Assembly (NCBI GenBank): GCA_965153285.1 | Contig: OZ229112.1 | DNA length: 64,000 nucleotides | From: Podarcis tiliguerta | Taxonomy: Eukaryota | Reading direction: 5' to 3' (one strand) | The notes under the pieces: model-generated | Seen by the model: only the letters and a program-made list of their open reading frames with translations | What the model was told of the DNA's origin: nothing | Database searches by the model: none | Shown: one piece after another, positions 63,676 through 64,000 of the stretch | How the letters are laid out: each line of letters opens with the position of its first letter | Position numbering within the stretch: position 1 is the stretch's first letter | Made by a program: the position numbers and the translations under genes

Positions 63676-64000
63676 TTCCCGTATTTAAATGGGAAGATAA
63701 GCAGTTCTCTCTGATAAATGGAACAGAGTGGTGAAGTTGTAATTAGCACAGTATGCTGGCACCCCCCAGTGTCAATAATAGCTGGGTTTTATCAGCAGTT
63801 TCATTATACAGATACACTTCTGCTTGTATAAGACCACCCTCTGTCCTGAAAAAAGAATTGGGGAGCAAACTGAACAATGAAAGTACAGTCTTGCAAAGTC
63901 TTAGATGCTTGATGCTTGAATAGTTCTGTTTGCTGAACATACTTTCTTACCTCTTCCTCCTTGCTGCAGCCCCTCTGCCCCTTGAAAAGCTGCTTCTAAG

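Noticed and set aside
53320-64000. PDSS2 exon 4 (expected VVEL..SA..DLVQG)
   Set aside because: No matching spliceable segment was seen. It probably lies beyond the right edge.

Overview
This is vertebrate genomic DNA, almost certainly from a squamate and probably a lacertid lizard, judging by Sauria SINEs, BovB/RTE, CR1, L2 and Penelope fragments and many hAT, Tc1-mariner and Harbinger MITEs. It holds the head-to-head 5' ends of two genes. SOBP is on the minus strand, with coding exon 1 at 14171-14266 and intron 1 running off the left edge. PDSS2 is on the plus strand, with coding exons 1-3 at 24148-24425, 39003-39137 and 53121-53319 and intron 3 running off the right edge. Each gene has its own CpG island. 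The other ORFs in the track that could be assigned are decayed retroelement fragments; the rest look like chance ORFs, many in GC-rich or low-complexity DNA. I found no convincing novel protein-coding system. The most unusual structures are: (1) an unexplained degenerate tandem array with a ~110-155 bp period upstream of PDSS2, split by a solo LTR whose promoter points toward SOBP; (2) a young hAT MITE carrying telomere-like TTAGGG/G4 tracts, nested in a Tc2-type element; (3) a Penelope-derived 57-bp hairpin with two decayed hammerhead ribozyme cores; (4) uORFs in the SOBP leader; and (5) inverted repeat pairs around and between PDSS2 exons.
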